Shown here: positions 34,423 through 37,441 of the stretch, piece after piece
Numbering within the stretch: position 1 is the stretch's first letter
Layout of the letters: every line of letters starts with the position of its first letter
Assembly: GCA_051453625.1 (NCBI GenBank)
Contig: JBOZIK010000001.1
Span: 36,396,798-36,434,238 of the forward strand
From: Welwitschia mirabilis
Lineage: Eukaryota
Length of the DNA stretch: 37,441 nt
Direction: 5' to 3'
Position numbers and translations under genes: made by a program
The notes under the pieces: model-generated
Database searches by the model: none
What the model saw: only the letters and a program-made list of their open reading frames with translations
What the model was told of the DNA's origin: nothing

Positions 34423-37400
34423 CTTTGCTAAGTTAGAAATAATGGCAAAAAGTTTTTACAAGTACTAACTAAAACATTGGCAAATAAAAGAGCTTAAAAG
34501 AATAATCTTGAGAAATACTTTTAAACATTCAAAGATTCTCCAAAATGATTTATGCATTAAAATGAAGGAAAATTTTCAGAGATATGACCCTAATATGATA
34601 AAATCATTGATATATGAAATCATAAAAATATTAGAGTTGTAAAAATTAATTAAATAATATAATTAAAGTTAGCCTATTTGGTGACATAGGTAAAATTAAA
34701 TAAGAAGATTTACCTCAGAAGGAAAAATACAATGTAAAAGAAATAATATTTGCTTACTTTAGACAAAATTAAATAATGTTTACTAATAAAAAATCAAAAA
34801 AAGAAAATATAATTAAAAACATAAAAATTTATCTTAACATATTTCAAAATGCATTTATAAATAAAGAAACCTCAAATGAAAATAAAATAAACATTAATAG
34901 CCATATTCTGATTCAATATTATGAGTGTTTTGATGTTGAATGTTATCTTTTATATTTCAAGTTTTTGAGATATACTTAATTCACTTATTAGCTTCTAGAT
35001 AAGTTTTATACTACTTCCATAGTTTNNNNNNNNNNNNNNNNNNNNNNNNNNNNNNNNNNNNNNNNNNNNNNNNNNNNNNNNNNNNNNNNNNNNNNNNNNN
35101 NNNNNNNNNNNNNNNNNNNNNNNNNNNNNNNNNNNNNNNNNNNNNNNNNNNNNNNNNNNNNNNNNNNNNNNNNNNNNNNNNNNNNNNNNNNNNNNNNNNN
35201 NNNNNNNNNNNNNNNNNNNNNNNNNNNNNNNNNNNNNNNNNNNNNNNNNNNNNNNNNNNNNNNNNNNNNNNNNNNNNNNNNNNNNNNNNNNNNNNNNNNN
35301 NNNNNNNNNNNNNNNNNNNNNNNNNNNNNNNNNNNNNNNNNNNNNNNNNNNNNNNNNNNNNNNNNNNNNNNNNNNNNNNNNNNNNNNNNNNNNNTACTTA
35401 ATTCACTTATTAGCTTCTAGATAAGTTTTATACTACTTTCATAGTTTTAGTTTGCAATAGCTTAAGTAGAGCTTAGATTATATTAGCCCCTATGAAAATG
35501 TAATATAGAAGATATCGAGGATCAAATTTTATTCAATCCATAATTCTAATACAAAAAGAAAATCATTACTCAAAACATGTAAGTATCTAAATGACATTCA
35601 AAACAACCTAGTTCACCTTTATTGTCAATGAGCTATTTAACTAGTGGAGAACATAAAATGATGGGTTATGAGAATTATTTTTATATCAGCTAAATGTTTT
35701 GGCCTAACTCTAAGATTTATACATCATGTGTCATTAGCTTTCATATTCCACTGTAAGCCTAAACCCAAAATCAAATAAGTATATTGTTCTACTACACCGG
35801 CACATATATTCTCAAGAGNNNNNNNNNNNNNNNNNNNNNNNNNNNNNNNNNNNNNNNNNNNNNNNNNNNNNNNNNNNNNNNNNNNNNNNNNNNNNNNNNN
35901 NNNNNNNNNNNNNNNNNNATATTCCACTGTAAGCCTAAACCCAAAATCAAATAAGTATATTGTTCTACTACACCGGCACATATATTCTCAAGAGGGCCCT
36001 TTGGTAGTGTAATATGATAGCTGTGAGAACTCCACTAAAGGGTTAATTAACCATGATCTAGTCTCAAATTAGACTTACAGGTCTTCTTTTGATAGTAGTT
36101 ACACTTCCTCAATGTACTTTAAAGTGTTTCTAAACACTATTGATGGACAANNNNNNNNNNNNNNNNNNNNNNNNNNNNNNNNNNNNNNNNNNNNNNNNNN
36201 NNNNNNNNNNNNNNNNNNNNNNNNNNNNNNNNNNNNNNNNNNNNNNNNNNNNNNNNNNNNNNNNNNNNNNNNNNNNNNNNNNNNNNNNNNNNNNNNNNNN
36301 NNNNNNNNNNNNNNNNNNNNNNNNNNNNNNNNNNNNNNNNNNNNNNNNNNNNNNNNNNNNNNNNNNNNNNNNNNNNNNNNNNNNNNNNNNNNNNNNNNNN
36401 NNNNNNNNNNNNNNNNNNNNNNNNNNNNNNNNNNNNNNNNNNNNNNNNNNNNNNNNNNNNNNNNNNNNNNNNNNNNNNNNNNNNNNNNNNNNNNNNNNNN
36501 NNNNNNNNNNNNNNNNNNNNNNNNNNNNNNNNNNNNNNNNNNNNNNNNNNNNNNNNNNNTATATTGTTCTACCACACCGGCGCATATATTCTCAAGAGGG
36601 CCCTTTGGTAGTGTAATATGATAGCTGTGGAAACTCCACTAAAGGGGTAATTAACCATGATCTAGTCTCAAATTAGACTTACAGGTCTCCATTCTTTTGA
36701 TAGTAGTTACAATCCCCTCAATGTACTTTAAAGTGTTTCTAAACACTATGGATGGACAAAAGAAACAAATAGTACAAGGAAGAATCATGCTTTAGGTGTC
36801 ATCTANNNNNNNNNNNNNNNNNNNNNNNNNNNNNNNNNNNNNNNNNNNNNNNNNNNNNNNNNNNNNNNNNNNNNNNNNNNNNNNNNNNNNNNNNNNNNNN
36901 NNNNNATGGATGGACAAAAGAAACAAATAGTACAAGGAATAATCATGCTTTAGGTGTCATCTAAGACACGATTAGTCACCAAAGTTTTTATCAATTATAT
37001 CTAATTCATCTTAACTCTTTACTTAAAAAAAAAAAAAAAAAGTGGGGGAAAAAGAAAAAGAAAAAATGATGAAGTGCAAAAAAAAACCAAAATAACCCTC
37101 TTATATCCATTCCTTCATCCAAAATTTCTCATAATCTAATTTTTTGTGGAAGACATTAGTTGTCATAGGAAGTTGACACTGAACAAGAAGTTAAAACTTG
37201 GGTTTTGATCACTAAATTTCATTCAGATTATTATTAATAAATCTTTAATCTTTTTAGAAGAATTAGTGGATTGATGTTACATCTTTTGATATTTAACTTA
37301 TTTCATTCTCATTTGTTAAAGTATTAAATAAGTTATTTTCATTAAAATAAATTCTTAGTTAGTATTTTCCATAATAAGTAAAGTAATTCTTATCTCATAT

Positions 37401-37441
37401 TATACAAATTATATTCTAAAAGGTAAAGTGGTTTGTAATTT

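Noticed and set aside
3463..36621. Long ORFs in the track made mostly of X (for example 7588-8589, 12429-13370, 32084-32810, 36099-36621)
   Set aside because: These are artefacts of translating N-gaps. Only the called flanks of 3463-4017 and 5195-6226 carry real (Copia) coding relics.
35743..36963. Repeated blocks separated by gaps, superficially array-like or CRISPR-like
   Set aside because: They are staggered overlaps across assembly gaps, not constant repeats with unique spacers. The context is eukaryotic and there are no cas genes.

Overview
This is AT-rich, gap-riddled eukaryotic sequence, almost certainly a plant nuclear draft assembly, and it is made mostly of old nested transposable elements. 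In order: (1) a full-length but decayed Ty1/Copia LTR retrotransposon (521-6811, +) with both LTRs, a PBS, a PPT and a 4/5 TSD; (2) an island of about 5 kb (about 6.9-11.8 kb) with no recognisable transposon sequence, holding a CpG/GC-rich promoter-like block and a chain of GT-AG-bounded micro-exons on the minus strand, a candidate lncRNA or small-peptide gene; (3) a decayed L1-clade LINE ORF2 (-, about 11.95-16.8 kb) with a tRNA-derived SINE inserted into it, whose tail has become a (CT)n microsatellite; (4) a structurally complete, apparently non-autonomous Athila-like Gypsy element (17396-24561, -) with a perfect TTAGT TSD; (5) a block of about 3.7 kb bracketed by arrays of a decayed 17-bp palindrome and carrying a decayed plant-transposon/Athila-ORF-like reading frame; (6) A-rich decayed coding-like tracts that may be endogenous pararetroviral relics (low confidence). 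No intact protein-coding gene could be recognised. Many near-identical duplications flank N-gaps and are probably uncollapsed haplotypes. All calls come from reading by eye; no searches were run.
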